Positions 24,648 through 38,264 of a DNA stretch of 64,000 bases are shown here, in pieces (the first letter of the stretch is position 1; the number at the start of each line of letters is the position of its first letter). The DNA comes from Octopus vulgaris (Eukaryota): assembly GCA_951406725.2 (NCBI GenBank), contig OX597823.1, forward strand, positions 19,902,001 through 19,966,000, in the 5' to 3' direction. Made by a program: the position numbers and the translations under genes. A model generated the notes under the pieces. That model worked only from the letters and a program-made list of their open reading frames with translations. It made no database searches and was not told the DNA's origin.

Positions 24648-26067
24648 AGTTGAAATTTATAGAAAATCAAAGGACGACGACAGGTGTATGAACAACAAAC
24701 AGATGTATTAGTTTGAAAGTCTTTTACGTTTCGAACCCACGCTCTTCAACTGAAAGGAATAAGAGAAATAGAGTGAGAGAATGAAAAGACATGTGGATTT
24801 AACGATCAAACATGGCGACTGATTGGGATAAATGGTTTGACAGGTGAGGTTGAAAGAAGGGGAGATAATAAAGTATTTGTGATCCCAAAATGAAGGTGCG
24901 CGTGCGTGTGTGTATGCGAGAATGTGTAAGTATGTGTGTGTGTGTGTTGGATAGGGCCTAGTGAGTTTGACATGTTATTATGTGTGCGTGTGTGTGTGTC
25001 TGTATCTGTAATGTGTGGGTGTGGGTGCTGGGAAATGGTCAGTGCTAGTGTGTGCAGAGTGGTGTGGGGTGGTGTGATTTGGTGTGGTAGTGTGGTGGTG
25101 TGGGGATGTGGGGGTAGCGGTGGGGTGTGGGGTTGTGGTGAGGTGGAGGGAGTATGAATGAAGAGAGGTGGGTAGGAGTAAAGAGAGGAAGTAGGTATCA
25201 GTTGAAGAGAGAAGAGGAGTGGAGTCAGAATAAAAGAGGAGGGGAGTTGAGCCCATATGGTGCAAAGGAGCGAAGAAAAAAGATTAATTTCTGTTCACGG
25301 CGAAGGCGGGAGTCCGGATGGCCCCTGTGCAAAGATAATCTGAACACATATTCGTATTGTGGTGAATGACCGGTAGAGCGGAAATGGCGCGAGACCGGGG
25401 TGTCATTGCCGAGTCTGATGTCTCGGAGGTGCTCCGGGAACCGGTTAGGCAAGCGGCGTCGCGTTTGACCGATGTACAGAGAAGGGCAGAAAGAGCAGGA
25501 GATGCAGTAAATTACGTTGCTAGAAGTGCAGGTAAAGGATTCAGTGATATGATAGGGACGATGATGTATGCCTATTAGGGTGGTAGTGTTGGAGAGGTAG
25601 GGGCAAGTGCGCCAGCGTGGGCAGGAGCAGATGAACGAGCCAGGCTGGGAGGTGGGATTAGGGAAGAAACTGTGGACCAGGAGGCCACGTAGGTTGTGTG
25701 CTCGTTTGAAGGAGGGAAGGGGTAAGTTGGGAAAGATGTGCGAGGTGGAGGGGTCGGATTAGAATCGCTGGAAGGCTCGGAGAATGGTGTGTTGAAAAGG
25801 CTGGGTGTAGGGCTGATAGGTGAGGGGAAACGGGAGACGGGAAACGATGGGGCGTGGGCGGGGAGAGAGAGCAAGGACACGTCCATGGAAGTGCTCTGGC
25901 AAGGGCTCCTTGGATAGTGGTGAGGGGATATCCACGAAGAATGAAGTGGCGAGCCATGAGCTGAGACTGAGTCTCAAATTCATGGTTGTCACTGCAGAGC
26001 CTGTGCAGACGGAGACATTAGGAGTAGGAGATGACGAGCTTGGTGTGGGTAGTGCGGGAGTAGACAT
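24648..26067 (-). mobile_element. 5'-truncated Penelope-like element (Neptune-like): RT thumb/linker, GIY-YIG endonuclease, 3' terminal region
   Basis: LRLHRLCSDNHEFETQSQLMARHFILRGYP; CSCPRWRTCPYL; FTCTSSNVIYCISCSFCPSLYIGQTRRRLPNRFPEHLRDI...VSRHF...RLRREQKLIFFLRSFAPYGLN; frameshifted. Confidence 0.92.
24721..24756 (-). ncRNA. Degenerate minimal hammerhead-like motif in the PLE 3' terminus
   Basis: CUUU CAGUUGA A GAGC-GUGG-GUUC GAAA CGUA AAAG. Confidence 0.45.
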
Positions 26068-26124
26068 ACATATTTATATGTGTGTGTATATTTATATATA
26101 TATATTGAGTGAAAAAAAAAAAAA

Positions 26125-26353
26125 ATTTCTTTATTGCCCACAAGGGGCTAAACATAGAGGGGACAAACAAGGACAGACAAAGGGATTAAGTCGATTATAT
26201 CGACCCAGTGCGAAACTGGTACTTTATTTATTGACCCCGAGAGGATGAAAGGCAAAGTCGACCCCGGCGGAATTTGAACTCAGAACGTAACGACAGACGA
26301 AATACCGCTAAGCATTTCGTCCGGCGCGCTAACGTTTCTGCCAGCTCGCCGCC
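26125..26353 (-). mobile_element. SINE family B, full length, young
   Basis: Reverse complement of the 45782 copy with few differences. Confidence 0.93.
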
Positions 26354-27484
26354 TGAAAAATATATATATAGACACGCGCATACACACATACACATACATG
26401 TATACATACGCACAAACACGCACACAACTCACACACACAAGCACACACACATACACACAGACACACACATACTGACATGTAACCAAGAGTACATATACGC
26501 GTACATATGTTGCCAGTGGTTTAAAATCACCCAACTGAAAGAGTAATATGTCGAGCGTTTATAATTTCCATGTAAACAAATGTGTAGGAAGTCATATACC
26601 TCTTATTATAAACAAATCTCTGTATATGCGTATGTATACATCTATGTACACATATATGTGCGTACATTCATCTCCATTTGTGTTTACGTAAATGTGTGTA
26701 TGAATATGTCTGTGCACGTTATTGACGTTTTGTGTTTCTAATGAGGTACTTAATATAATATATTAGAAGCTGATGCTTCTTATATGGTGATTATAAGATT
26801 TTCGTTATCGATGGTTCATACGATTAAGTTGAAGATGTGCGTGACAACATATAAATATATTTCGTAAACTTATCGAAATATGATTAATCACCGACATTTG
26901 ACTAGTTGCAGAAAACCTTTTAGACAACGTGTAACATTTTAAAAAATTCAATTAGCATAACCTAAACGCGTGATATGATATATTCGTCTATTCACATGCA
27001 AAAACATGTGATATTTCCAAGTTTCAGTAATGTGTGTGAAACAAACAAACATACGCAAGGGTGGTAGCTATTGTTAATAACGTTTTAGCGTTGCTGGATA
27101 CTTGAATGTATTTTTTTTTTTACTTCATTCTTTCAGGGTATATTAAAACCATTATGTGGAAAATATACTGTTTTAAGTAAGATGATAAGTGGAAATTTTT
27201 CCTTAAACATCGATGGAAGTATTTTAAAGAACTTGCCAATTCTGCTACCAAAAATCTTAAAAAACTCGTTATGCAATACTGATCCTCTTTCGCGGCACAA
27301 AGAACACAATTTCTGGAGTCATTAATAAATAAAAACGTATGTTTTGTGATGGATCAATCGATTTTGTAATTGTTAATATTATCATACTTCTCTGACACAC
27401 ACAGACTACACTCCCTGGAACCGTTAATATAGAAGAACGAGAATTATATTACAAACAAATAAATTTTATAATTGTTAATATTAG

Positions 27485-27590
27485 AGGCACAGGCGTGGTT
27501 GTGTGATCAGAAGCTTGCTTCCCATTCACATGGTTCCGGGTTCAGTTCCTCTGGGTGGCACCTTGGGCAAGTGTCTTCTACTATAACCTA
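27485..27590 (+). mobile_element. SINE family A, head
   Basis: cacatggttccgggttcagttcc...ggcaccttgggcaagtgtcttctactata. Confidence 0.85.
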
Positions 27591-27923
27591 GGAATAATAA
27601 GAGATCGTACACAAATATGAAAACGACATGTATACAGCAAGGTTATGCTTGTTCATTGGTAAGATACCGAACAATCAATGTATTGGGCTGGTCGGTGGTT
27701 CATCACCTACCGTACAACCTGATCCCTCATCCATCGTATAACAACGGGAGGTCGATTTGATGACACTACGATTACGATTTGATGACACTAAGGGAAAATG
27801 GCTGAGAAGTAAGCACAACAGTGGATACCAGGATATTTTTTCGAAGATGATTCGAAAATTAGGCTCAAAGATGGTGCAAAGGCATTGCTTATGATGGTGA
27901 CTTTGCTGAGCAATACCTTTGCA

Positions 27924-28085
27924 TTAAGTTGGTGCATAATTATTGCGGCTTTTTTTCAACAAATTTTATTCAACAAAATCAATAACATGTAACAAAAACA
28001 TCTTTAAAAGATTATTCCGGAGCATATTCACCATCTACTTCAATTATTGCTTCCCATTTGCTTGGCCGACGGTCAAACCTTCATT
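27924..28085 (-). mobile_element. Mariner 3' end: TIR plus transposase C-terminus
   Basis: TTAAGTTGGTGCATAATTATTGCGG resembles Hsmar1-type TIRs; the minus strand reads FDRRPSKWEAIIEVDGEYAPE*. Confidence 0.75.
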
Positions 28086-28092
28086 TAAAGAT

Positions 28093-28344
28093 GAATCGTC
28101 AGTAGAGTATGTCAGAAATATAATTTGCTGAACCGAACGGCAAAATCCATACGAAGCCGAACAAAGACGAATGGTACAGCCGATTATATTCGCAGTTACG
28201 TTCAAATGCCCTCATTCTGGGGTAGTATTTACATCCGGGGATTTAACGCGCCAGAATGAGGGCATTTGAACGTAACTGCGAATATAATCGGCTGTACCGT
28301 TCGGTTCAGCAAATTATATTTCTGATATACTCTACTGACGATTC
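28093..28344. repeat. Long inverted repeat, about 94-bp arms, 30-bp spacer, about 33-bp insertion in the left arm
   Basis: 28093-28220 is complementary to 28251-28344. Confidence 0.9.
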
Positions 28345-28558
28345 GAAAATTCTTATGGAAGTAAAACTACATAATCTATTAACGATGAAACAATTGTATA
28401 GAGTTAACCTATTTTTTCGTTATTTTTCATTTGTCCTGCTCGCTTACATTCTTGGCGTGTTGAATTAATTCTTGAGAACAATTCTTTAGTGGCGGATTCC
28501 CTTTGCGGATCTATATCTAGCGTTAGAGTGACTACATGGTGGACTCTCTCTTATTATT

Positions 28559-28607
<49 letters not shown>

Positions 28608-28813
28608 CAGGAAGGTTTACGAAAATAAACAAAAGACGAAGGCAGGTGGAGTACAAACAAACAAATGTATAAGTATGGCGCTCAGGAATAGAAATAGAAC
28701 AAGTCTTTAACGTTTCAAGCCTACGCTCTTCGACAGAAAGATACACAGAAAAGAAACAAGGAGAGAAACAAGGAGAGAAAAACATGCGTATAGGAGCTAA
28801 CGGTCTATCATGG
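28608..28813 (-). mobile_element. Solo 3' terminus of the PLE family seen at 24648, within (TA)n
   Basis: Aligns by eye to 24648-24815; hammerhead-like CUUU CUGUCGA A GAGC-GUAG-GCUU GAAA CGUU AAAG at 28705-28740. Confidence 0.75.
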
Positions 28814-28827
28814 TATATATATATATA

Positions 28828-29118
28828 TCCAAAACAAACGGAAAAAGAACGTAACGGACGACAATGAAAGCATACGGACAGCTGGACGATACAAAGACGG
28901 ACAGGAAAACCAGGACGCAACATTCGTGGCTTTCTATTCATCAGTCAAGCTTCCAATCATCACTACAGTTTCGGCCTGTTACACCAGAGACTGTTCAAAA
29001 TTGGTTGGTCACAAAACTCTAAGCTGAGGGCATCAAATTCTTGGAAGAAGCATGCGAATATGTGCGACAACATGAAAAACGGAGAAAATGTTACACGATT
29101 ACAAATACAAGCAAGAAT

Positions 29119-29123
<5 letters not shown>
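28828..29123 (-). mobile_element. Unclassified (TA)n-embedded element, probably a PLE terminus, related to 50590-50940
   Basis: Shares cattcg..gc....t.ttc..gtcaag...atcatc....tttcggc and ttcttggaa blocks with 50665-50800. Confidence 0.45.
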
Positions 29124-29183
<60 letters not shown>

Positions 29184-29259
29184 ATGTGTGTATCTGTGTA
29201 TGTGTATGTGTGTATGTGTATGTATAAATATCTATATCTGCGTCTATGCATGTATATAC

Positions 29260-29334
<75 letters not shown>

Positions 29335-29419
29335 GTATCCATAAATTACTTTAATAATTTGAAAAATTCACAAAAAGAAATGAAAAAGGAAATATTCATC
29401 AGAGTTTATTGGAAAACAG

Positions 29420-29625
29420 GCACCACCACCATCACTACCATCACCACCACCCACCACCCACCCACCACCACCACCACCACCACCACCACCCACCACCACC
29501 ACCACCACCACCACCATCACCGCCACTAATACCACCACCACCACCACCACCACTGGCACAAGCACCAGCAGCAGCAGTACCACCATCACCATCAATAACA
29601 CCCACCTCCCCCCACCGCCACGCCA
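29420..29625. repeat. (CCA)n-rich tract
   Basis: Read directly. Confidence 0.9.
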
Positions 29626-30634
29626 CTTCTTTCTGTTAATCGACAGATGTTTCAGATTTACCATTCCAATGCAAGTTGGCCGTTGTGACATCTGTGCCAG
29701 TCGCCAATTAAACAACGCAATAACGGAAACTGTTGCCACGCCTAAATCAAGAAATGGTAAGTTGATCACTTCTCACGCGTAAAGTTCTTTAGACTTCTTT
29801 CTTCTTTTGATTGATTGACTCCTATTGTTGTAGTTGTTACTGTTGCTGGTGTTAATAAAACTGTTTTTGTCACTGTTGTACATTTTCTTTACATTTCTGC
29901 TTATGATTGATTTGCTTTAAAGCAGTGGTTTCTATCTTTTTCTCTGCCTCAAATCCCTGGGAAATGTATTTTTAATTTTCGCACCCACTGCAAAACTAAT
30001 ATCACCAGCATCGGTTTTGTCAGTACCCTAACCCTAACCCAATAATTTTTACCACTTTGCTTCTTCTCTCCCTCTTCTAATGTTCCTTTCCCCTTTCCTT
30101 TCTCACTTTCTTTCTCTATCTCTATTAGCTAATTCAGTTTTTCGCTTTCTCATTCGCTCTCTCCATCCCTCTCTCCTCACACACTGTGATTCGGATCGAA
30201 TCTCTCCTTCTGATCCTTTTATCCCAGTACCTATAATACTTCTACACTAGACATGCCATCTAAACAAACGTATTAAATTCGGAATCGCATATTTTTTCTT
30301 TTTCTTTTTCTTTTACTTCTCTCTATGCTTTTTCTTCTCTTTGATAAAACTTATTACCCGAATAGTTAGACTTTTTCCTATTTCTACCATTGGCGAACAG
30401 TTCGTCAATGATTGAAATATAGTTGCATTGTCTATTCTTGGTTATGGCTTGTAACCGGTCAGAAACTTACAATTGGTTTCACGCCAACTATTGCACTTGG
30501 GAATAATGGGGAGTCACTAGACCTGTTCGCCGGAAGTACATAGTCTCTTTACTAACTAAAATGAAAATATATTCTTGGTTAGTTTGGTGGTGAGGAAAAC
30601 CTGAAACGAAAGAAACCCATTCTGAGAGGGCAAG

Positions 30635-30747
30635 ACACACACACACACGCACACACACAGACACACACGCACGCACACACACACACGTGCGCGCGCACAC
30701 ACACACACACACGCACACACACACACACACACACGCACAGACACACA

Positions 30748-30827
<80 letters not shown>

Positions 30828-30870
30828 CACAATGCACATATATTGCGCACGCGTACACGCACACACACAT
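30635..30870. repeat. (CA)n/(CG)n microsatellite
   Basis: Read directly. Confidence 0.95.
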
Positions 30871-31314
30871 ATACAGATCAGGAAGCATATGGTTTATCAG
30901 TACCTGGGTACATAGTCGGTCTCATAAACACTCGCAAATCTTCATCAGTCGATACCAAGTGAAAGCCAATTCGAACTGAACTAAGTATATTATATATATC
31001 GTTGCAATTATGTAAAAATATCATAAGTCCAAAACGTTGCTTTTTCAGAAAACGAAAACCATACTTTCACCATTCTATAGCAAAACCGTTGTACTACACT
31101 TTGACAATTTTTGATACCTTGGCATCTAAAGCAGCTGCAGATATGATTAGTTTCACCAAAAGAACAAGCAAAAGTGAATATTGAAAAAAAACAAAAAAAA
31201 CAAAAACGCATTTGGCCAAATTTGGAAATACGACAGTTTAACATAGTAACAACAATATATACTCAGGCAGTGAAAAGCGTGGGATAAGATGTGCAAATAT
31301 AGGGTTCACATTTT

Positions 31315-31505
31315 AGCGCAAGATCAGTAATTTCAGTGTGAGAGAGAGTAAGTTAATCACATCAACTGGGACTTGTTTTATTGACCCCGAAAGGAGGAAT
31401 GACAACGTTGATACCGGTGGCATATGAAATCAGAACGTAAAAAAAGGACGAAATAGCGCTAAGCACTTATTCCCAGCGCGCTAACAATTCTGTTAGCCCT
31501 CTGCC
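31315..31505 (-). mobile_element. SINE family B, diverged
   Basis: ttgaccccgaaaggagg...cagaacgtaa...gacgaaatagcgctaagcac...gcgctaacaattctg. Confidence 0.75.
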
Positions 31506-32797
31506 TCAAGAAGCATAAATGCTGAATTGAAATTTTTCTATAAATTTTGCATTTATCTTGTTTGGGCGTAAGATACGCTACAGCAAATTGAAGAAACAAA
31601 TTCAAATTAAATACAAACTTTGAGCTGTATGTTATTAAATTCACTCAAAAATACTACTTAGATGTATTCTCAGAGAAATATTCTATCAAAGAAAGTAAGT
31701 TTGAAGCTTAGAGTAATCTAAATTGATATGAAATTAATCAAACTACAGCATTAAAAAAAATCCTCGTGACATATATCTTAAACTAAAAATATATTGTACA
31801 TGGACTGCCGATACCTGTATATCAGGTAAATAGATAAATAGATGCATATCTGTACCCGAACGAGAATAAACAAAGTTTATTATGGAAGTTTTAACTCACT
31901 TTTTACAAATAGAGTTACTCCTCCTTCTCGTTTTTTCTCGTGTTTTCTCATAGAATGTCCTGGTTTTTAAATAAGACCAGCTATGGGAATTTGAACCTGA
32001 AGGATTGCTTGGAGACAAAAGATACGGTCTATAAATCTGACGAATTATTGTGTTTCCACAATATGAAACTATTAATAGCTCGTGTTTAAATACACAGTAT
32101 ATTAAATATTTATCTCTCACTGGATGGAATACTTTTTTGTTGATCCTACCTATATTAAGGTAACAGTAATCCCCCCCCTCACACACAAATATTAGCTACT
32201 ACATATACAGAACTACATATATATATCATTACACATTTCACATACACAACTACATCGCTATATACGCTACTACATATATACCAATAAAACACGCCATTAC
32301 ACATACAATATACTCACACATAGGCGCATGCACACATACATAGACACACACACACACACAATTATGCACATACCAACAAGCCAATGGCAACACATATACA
32401 TACAGCTACGAACCGACGAAGAAGCCTCTCTTTTGTTTCTCGACCCGCTAGAAACAGCAGTAAAATATCCGACAAATCACAACAGTAAAAAAATGCCAAG
32501 ATACATAGGGTAATGCGTGGCTATGTAGTAAGAAGTTTGCATCCCAACCACATAGTTTCGGGTTCAATCCCTCTTGGACACGTCTCTTCTACTAACCACA
32601 CACCAAACAAAGCCAAGTCAGCGAATTTGGTCAGCGGGAACACACATTTCTGTATCCCTACTGCGCATATAACACTTAATTGTGCTATAATATATACACA
32701 TTAATACGCCATTAGAAATATACACCTATAAGTCTTACTATACACATCAGAATATATTTTACTATACATATGTATGTATATATATATATATATATAA

Positions 32798-33238
<441 letters not shown>

Positions 33239-33246
33239 GTATATAA

Positions 33247-33280
<34 letters not shown>

Positions 33281-33285
33281 GTATA

Positions 33286-33346
<61 letters not shown>

Positions 33347-33350
33347 CTGT

Positions 33351-35059
33351 AGGCGCAGGAGTTGGTGTGTGGTAAGAAGATTGCTTCCCAACCACATGGT
33401 TCCGTGTTCAGTCCCACTGCGTGGTACCTTGGGCAAGTGTCTTCTACTATAGCCTCGGGCCGACAAAAGCCTTGTGAATGGATTTGGTAGACGGAAACTG
33501 AAAGAAGCCGTCGCATATATATATATATATTTGATGATTTGATGAAATTATTTGATGAAGATGGTTGATGAAAATGTTTGATGATAAATGTTTGATGATA
33601 AATGTTTGATGAAAATGTTTGATGAAATTATTTGATCAAAATGGTTGATGAAAATGTTTGATGATAAATGTTTGATGAAAAATGTTTGATGAAAATGTTT
33701 GATGAAAATGTTTGATGAAAATGTTTAATGAAAATGTTTGAAAATCTTTGATGAAAATGTTTGATGAAAATGTTTGATGAAAATGGTTGATGAAAATGTT
33801 AGATGAAAATGTTTGATGAAAATGCTTGATGAAAATGTTTGATGAAAACGTTTGATGAAAATGTTTGATGAAAACGTTTGATGAAAATGTTTGATGAAAT
33901 TATGTGATCAAAATGGTTGATGAAAATAATTGATGATAAATGTTTGGTGAAAAATGTTTGATGATAAATGTTTGATGAAAATGTTTGATGAAAATGTTTA
34001 ATGAAAATGTTTGAAGAAAATCTTTGATGAAATTATTTGATGAAAATGGTTGATGAAAATGTTCGACGATAAATGTTTGATTATAAATGTTTGATGAAAA
34101 TGTTTGATGAAATTTTTTGATCAAAATGGTTGATGAAAATGTTTCATGATAAATTTTTGATGAAAAATGTTTGATGAAAATGTTTGATGAAAATGTTTAA
34201 TGAATGTGTTCAATGAAAATGTTTGAAGAAAATGTTTGATGAAAATTTTTGATGAAAATGTTTGATGAAAATGGTTAATGAAAATGTTTGAAGAAAATCT
34301 TTGATGAAAATTTTTGATGAAAATGTTTGATGAAAGTGTTTGATGAAAATGTTTGATATGAAATTATTTGATCAAAATGCTTGATGAAAATGTTTGATGA
34401 TAAATGTTTGATGAAAAATGTTTGATGAAAATGTTTAATGAAAATGTTTGAAGAAAATCTTTGATGAAAATGTTTGATGAAAATGTTTGATGAAAATGTT
34501 TGATGAAAATGTTTGATGAAAATGTTTGATGAAAATGTTTGATGATTAATATTTGTTGATAAATGTTTGATGAAAATGTTTGATGAAAATGTTTGATGAA
34601 AATGTTTGATGAAAATGTTCGAACAATGTTCTATGATAATGTTTGTTGCAAATGTCTGATGAAAATGTTTGATGAAAATGTTTGATGAAAATTTACATCA
34701 AACATTTTCACCAAACATTTTCATCAAAAATTAATCAAACATTTTCATCAAACATTTCCATCAAATATTTTCTTCAAACATTTTCATCAATCACATTCAA
34801 TGAAACATTTTTATCAAACATTTTAATCAAACATTTTCATCAAACATTTTCATCAAACATTTTCACCAAATAAAATGTTTGATGGTAACTGTTTGTTTGA
34901 TGAAAATGTTTGATGAAAATGTTTGATGAAAATGTTTGATGAAAATGTTTGATTAAAATGTTTGATTAAAATGTTTGATGAAAAATCTTTGATGAAAATG
35001 TTTGATGAAATATTTTGATGAAAATCTTTGATGAAAATGTTTGATGAAAATATTTGATG

Positions 35060-35112
<53 letters not shown>

Positions 35113-35121
35113 ATATGTATG

Positions 35122-35153
<32 letters not shown>

Positions 35154-35415
35154 TGTATGTATGTATGTTTGTATGTATGTATGTATGAATGTATGTATGT
35201 ATGTATTTGTTTGTTGCTTGTGTCTGTGTTTGTCCTCCAAACATCGCTTGAAAACAGATGCTGTTGTGTTCACGTCCCTGTCACTAGGCGGTTCGCCCGT
35301 AAGTGACCGATCGTATAAGTACTAGAATAAGTCCTGGGGTTGATTTATTCAACTAAAGGTGGTGCTCCAGCATGCCCGCAGTCAAATGACTGAAACAAAT
35401 AAAAGAATAAAAGAA
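33351..35415 (+). mobile_element. SINE family A split in two (33351-33515 and about 35205-35415) by the satellite
   Basis: 5' and 3' halves are in the same orientation, and the array occupies the position of the internal microsatellite. Confidence 0.85.
33530..35060. repeat. 13-bp satellite (GATGAAAATGTTT)n, about 1.5 kb, with an inverted block at 34696-34870
   Basis: Read directly; the inverted block reads (CATCAAACATTTT)n. Confidence 0.97.
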
Positions 35416-35520
35416 TATATCATACTTATACACCTACTATATACACAACACCACTAACCCTCCTCTCTACATACATACATACATAATTACACACACACAC
35501 ACAGACATATATATATATAT

Positions 35521-35585
<65 letters not shown>

Positions 35586-35588
<3 letters not shown>

Positions 35589-35810
35589 GAGGGGAGGTTC
35601 TGAAAAGTTCCTGGCTTAAAAGGTATCGCGAAAGGTCTGGCTGGAGGCCCAGCCTTCCTAGTTCTTTTACTGGGCCTAGAAAAATTGATGGACCGCTACA
35701 ATTAGTGTGTGAATCTGAGAGGGGAATATATTGAATATAATCATAATGAACTGATCCTTCTCTCTTTTCTTTTACCCAAAGCCAGGAACTTTCCAACACC
35801 CCCTCTCATA
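35586..35810 (+). mobile_element. Non-autonomous mariner derivative (MITE-like) in (TA)n
   Basis: TIRs GAGGGGAGGTTCTGAAAAGTTCCTGGCTT and AAGCCAGGAACTTTCCAACACCCCCTC; internal [20 protein letters not shown] is a mariner C-terminus; TA flanks. Confidence 0.85.
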
Positions 35811-36061
35811 TATATATATATATATATTAGAAGGTCTGGAGGTGACGTACAGGTATTATATATTAGAAGAAATAAGGTACTAAAAAATCGTGATGGCTTT
35901 ATATTTACAGATTTTTATTAATATGCTACATGCTTTTGTAATCTGAAGAATACACTAGAGTGGATGCTAGCGCTGATATATTATTTATAAAAAAATGTGA
36001 CATATTAAAAAAAAAATCTGTAAATATAAAACCATCCACATTTCTGAGTGTACCCTATTTT

Positions 36062-36215
36062 AGGCGTTGAAGTGGCGCTGTGATAAGTAGTTTGCTTACC
36101 AGCCACATGGTTCCGGGTTCAGTCCCACTGCGTGGCACCTTGAGCAAGTGTCTTCTACTATAGCTTTGTGAGTCGATTTGGTAGATGGAAACTGAAAGAA
36201 GCCCATCGTATATAT

Positions 36216-36296
<81 letters not shown>

Positions 36297-36504
36297 TTCC
36301 CCGACATCGCTTGACAACCGATGTTGGTGTGTTTACGTCCCCGTAAATTAGCGGTTCAGCACAAGGGAACTATACAATAAGTACTAGGCTTACAAAGAAT
36401 AACTCCTGGGGTCGATTTTCTCGATTAAAGGCGGTGCTCCAGCATGGCCACAGTCAAATGGCTGAAACAAGTAAAAGAGTAAATATATATAAGAGTAAAA
36501 GAGA

Positions 36505-36505
<1 letters not shown>
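36062..36505 (+). mobile_element. SINE family A, full length
   Basis: Colinear with the A consensus. Confidence 0.9.
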
Positions 36506-36590
<85 letters not shown>

Positions 36591-36639
36591 CAGCAATACG
36601 CTCCCACAGTACATACACCCTACTATATATATACATTTT

Positions 36640-37024
36640 CTTCTACTCTATGCACAAGGCCCGAAATTATGGGGGAGGGACCCAGTCGATTAGATCGACC
36701 CCAGTACGAAACTACTACTTAATTTATCGACCCCAAAAGGATGAAAGGCGAAGTCGACCTCGGCGGAATTTGAACTCAGGACCTAAAGATAAACGAAATA
36801 CCTATTTCTTTACTACCCACAAGGGGCTAAATACAGAGAGGATAAACAAGGACAGACAAATGGATTCAGTCGATTATATCGACTCCAGTGCGTAACCGGT
36901 ACTTATTTAATCGACTCCGAAAGGATGAAAGGCAAAGTCGACCACGGCGGAATTTGAACTCAGAACGTAACGGCAGATGAAATACTGCTAAGCTTTCCAC
37001 CCGGTGTGCTAACATTTCTGCCGG
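36640..37024 (-). mobile_element. SINE family B dimer
   Basis: Two B cores joined at aaacgaaatacctatttcttt. Confidence 0.88.
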
Positions 37025-37102
37025 CTTCTACTATATATATTTCTATATATATCTATATCTATATCTATATCTATATCCATATATATATATATATATATAT
37101 AT

Positions 37103-37470
37103 ACTAGCAGTATCGCCCGGCGTTGCTCAGGTTTGTAAGGGAAATAACTATAAAGCATTTTTAGAGAGTTATAGCCAAAAAATAGCAAAAAAATGGAAAA
37201 AAAATTATGGTAAATTTTTTTTGAGAGTTAAAAAAGGTGGAGTTGCGTCCCCTAGACGGTCTGTGGTTTGGGTTTCTGATTCTCGACCCCATGTCGAATT
37301 TATCGATTTTTTTCAGAACTGGGGAAACTTTTCAAAATTTTCGCTGCGTTAGTTTTGAATTATGACATTGGGCTATGTGTGTGTCAAGTTTCATCAGAAT
37401 CGGTTGAAAGCCGTGGTCAGAGTGAGGGTACGAGAAAACAGACACACAGAAAACGCACAGACAAACTGCC

Positions 37471-37478
<8 letters not shown>
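37103..37478 (-). mobile_element. Non-autonomous Helitron-like element
   Basis: The minus-strand 3' end is a GC-rich hairpin followed by CTAGT; the first 100 bp or so are shared with 57902. Confidence 0.65.
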
Positions 37479-37513
<35 letters not shown>

Positions 37514-37699
37514 ATATCACTACACATCCTATGTCAGTACACATCCATTTTATTAAGTGATGATGTTGAATACTTGTAACGAAAAATGAAGTTAAGTACA
37601 TGTACTTAATTTCCTTTTATTTGAAAGTACACATGCACTTCAAAATGTACGCAGAATGCGTGTGTACGTGCTCGTATCTGTGCGTGCAATGAATTTAAG

Positions 37700-37925
37700 T
37701 TCAGCTTGCTTGCTAAAATGGCTGCTGCTCCGCTTCATTTGCATACTTCCCTGAACTGAGCGGAATGCTGTTTAATGCAAATTGCTCTCCCCTCTTTCTT
37801 CTTAGAGCCATTGTAGTTGCAATTGGGGCGAGGCCGGAAATGACTAACACAATGGAATTACAATGTGAAGCCATGTTTGCTACACAATATGGAATTCATC
37901 TCAAGACAATAGCACTATGTCGAAA
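37700..37925. promoter_or_regulatory. Candidate enhancer-like island (two octamer and several Sox-type motifs)
   Basis: ATTTGCAT 37737-37744, ATGCAAAT 37775-37782, CATTGT 37809, ACAATG 37849 and 37860, CCGGAAAT; not repeated elsewhere in this window. Confidence 0.3.
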
Positions 37926-38226
37926 AATAGTGCGTATTCCCCTCTAGCATCTGGTTAAGATTAAAAGGAAGGGTGTGCGCTGTTGAAGATACCCATCGGG
38001 TCGACACTGTCAGCAGTCCCATGGTATTTCGTCTTTCTTTAAGCCAAGTTCCAATCGTCAAGTCACCGTGATTTATACGCACACTCACGTGCGCACACAT
38101 ACACACACACACACATGCGCGCGCACATAATTTATAATTGAGTCAATTTTGACCAGAAAGTGGCGCACTGTTGCTGTGATATTTGATGCGCGAGCGCGCA
38201 TACATACACACACACACAAACACACG

Positions 38227-38264
<38 letters not shown>

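Noticed and set aside
30024-30040. Telomeric repeats (also 46243-46254)
   Set aside because: Only two to three units, internal to other sequence.
33530-35060. CRISPR array or repetitive protein ORFs
   Set aside because: Contiguous 13-bp units with no spacers; the period is not a multiple of three.
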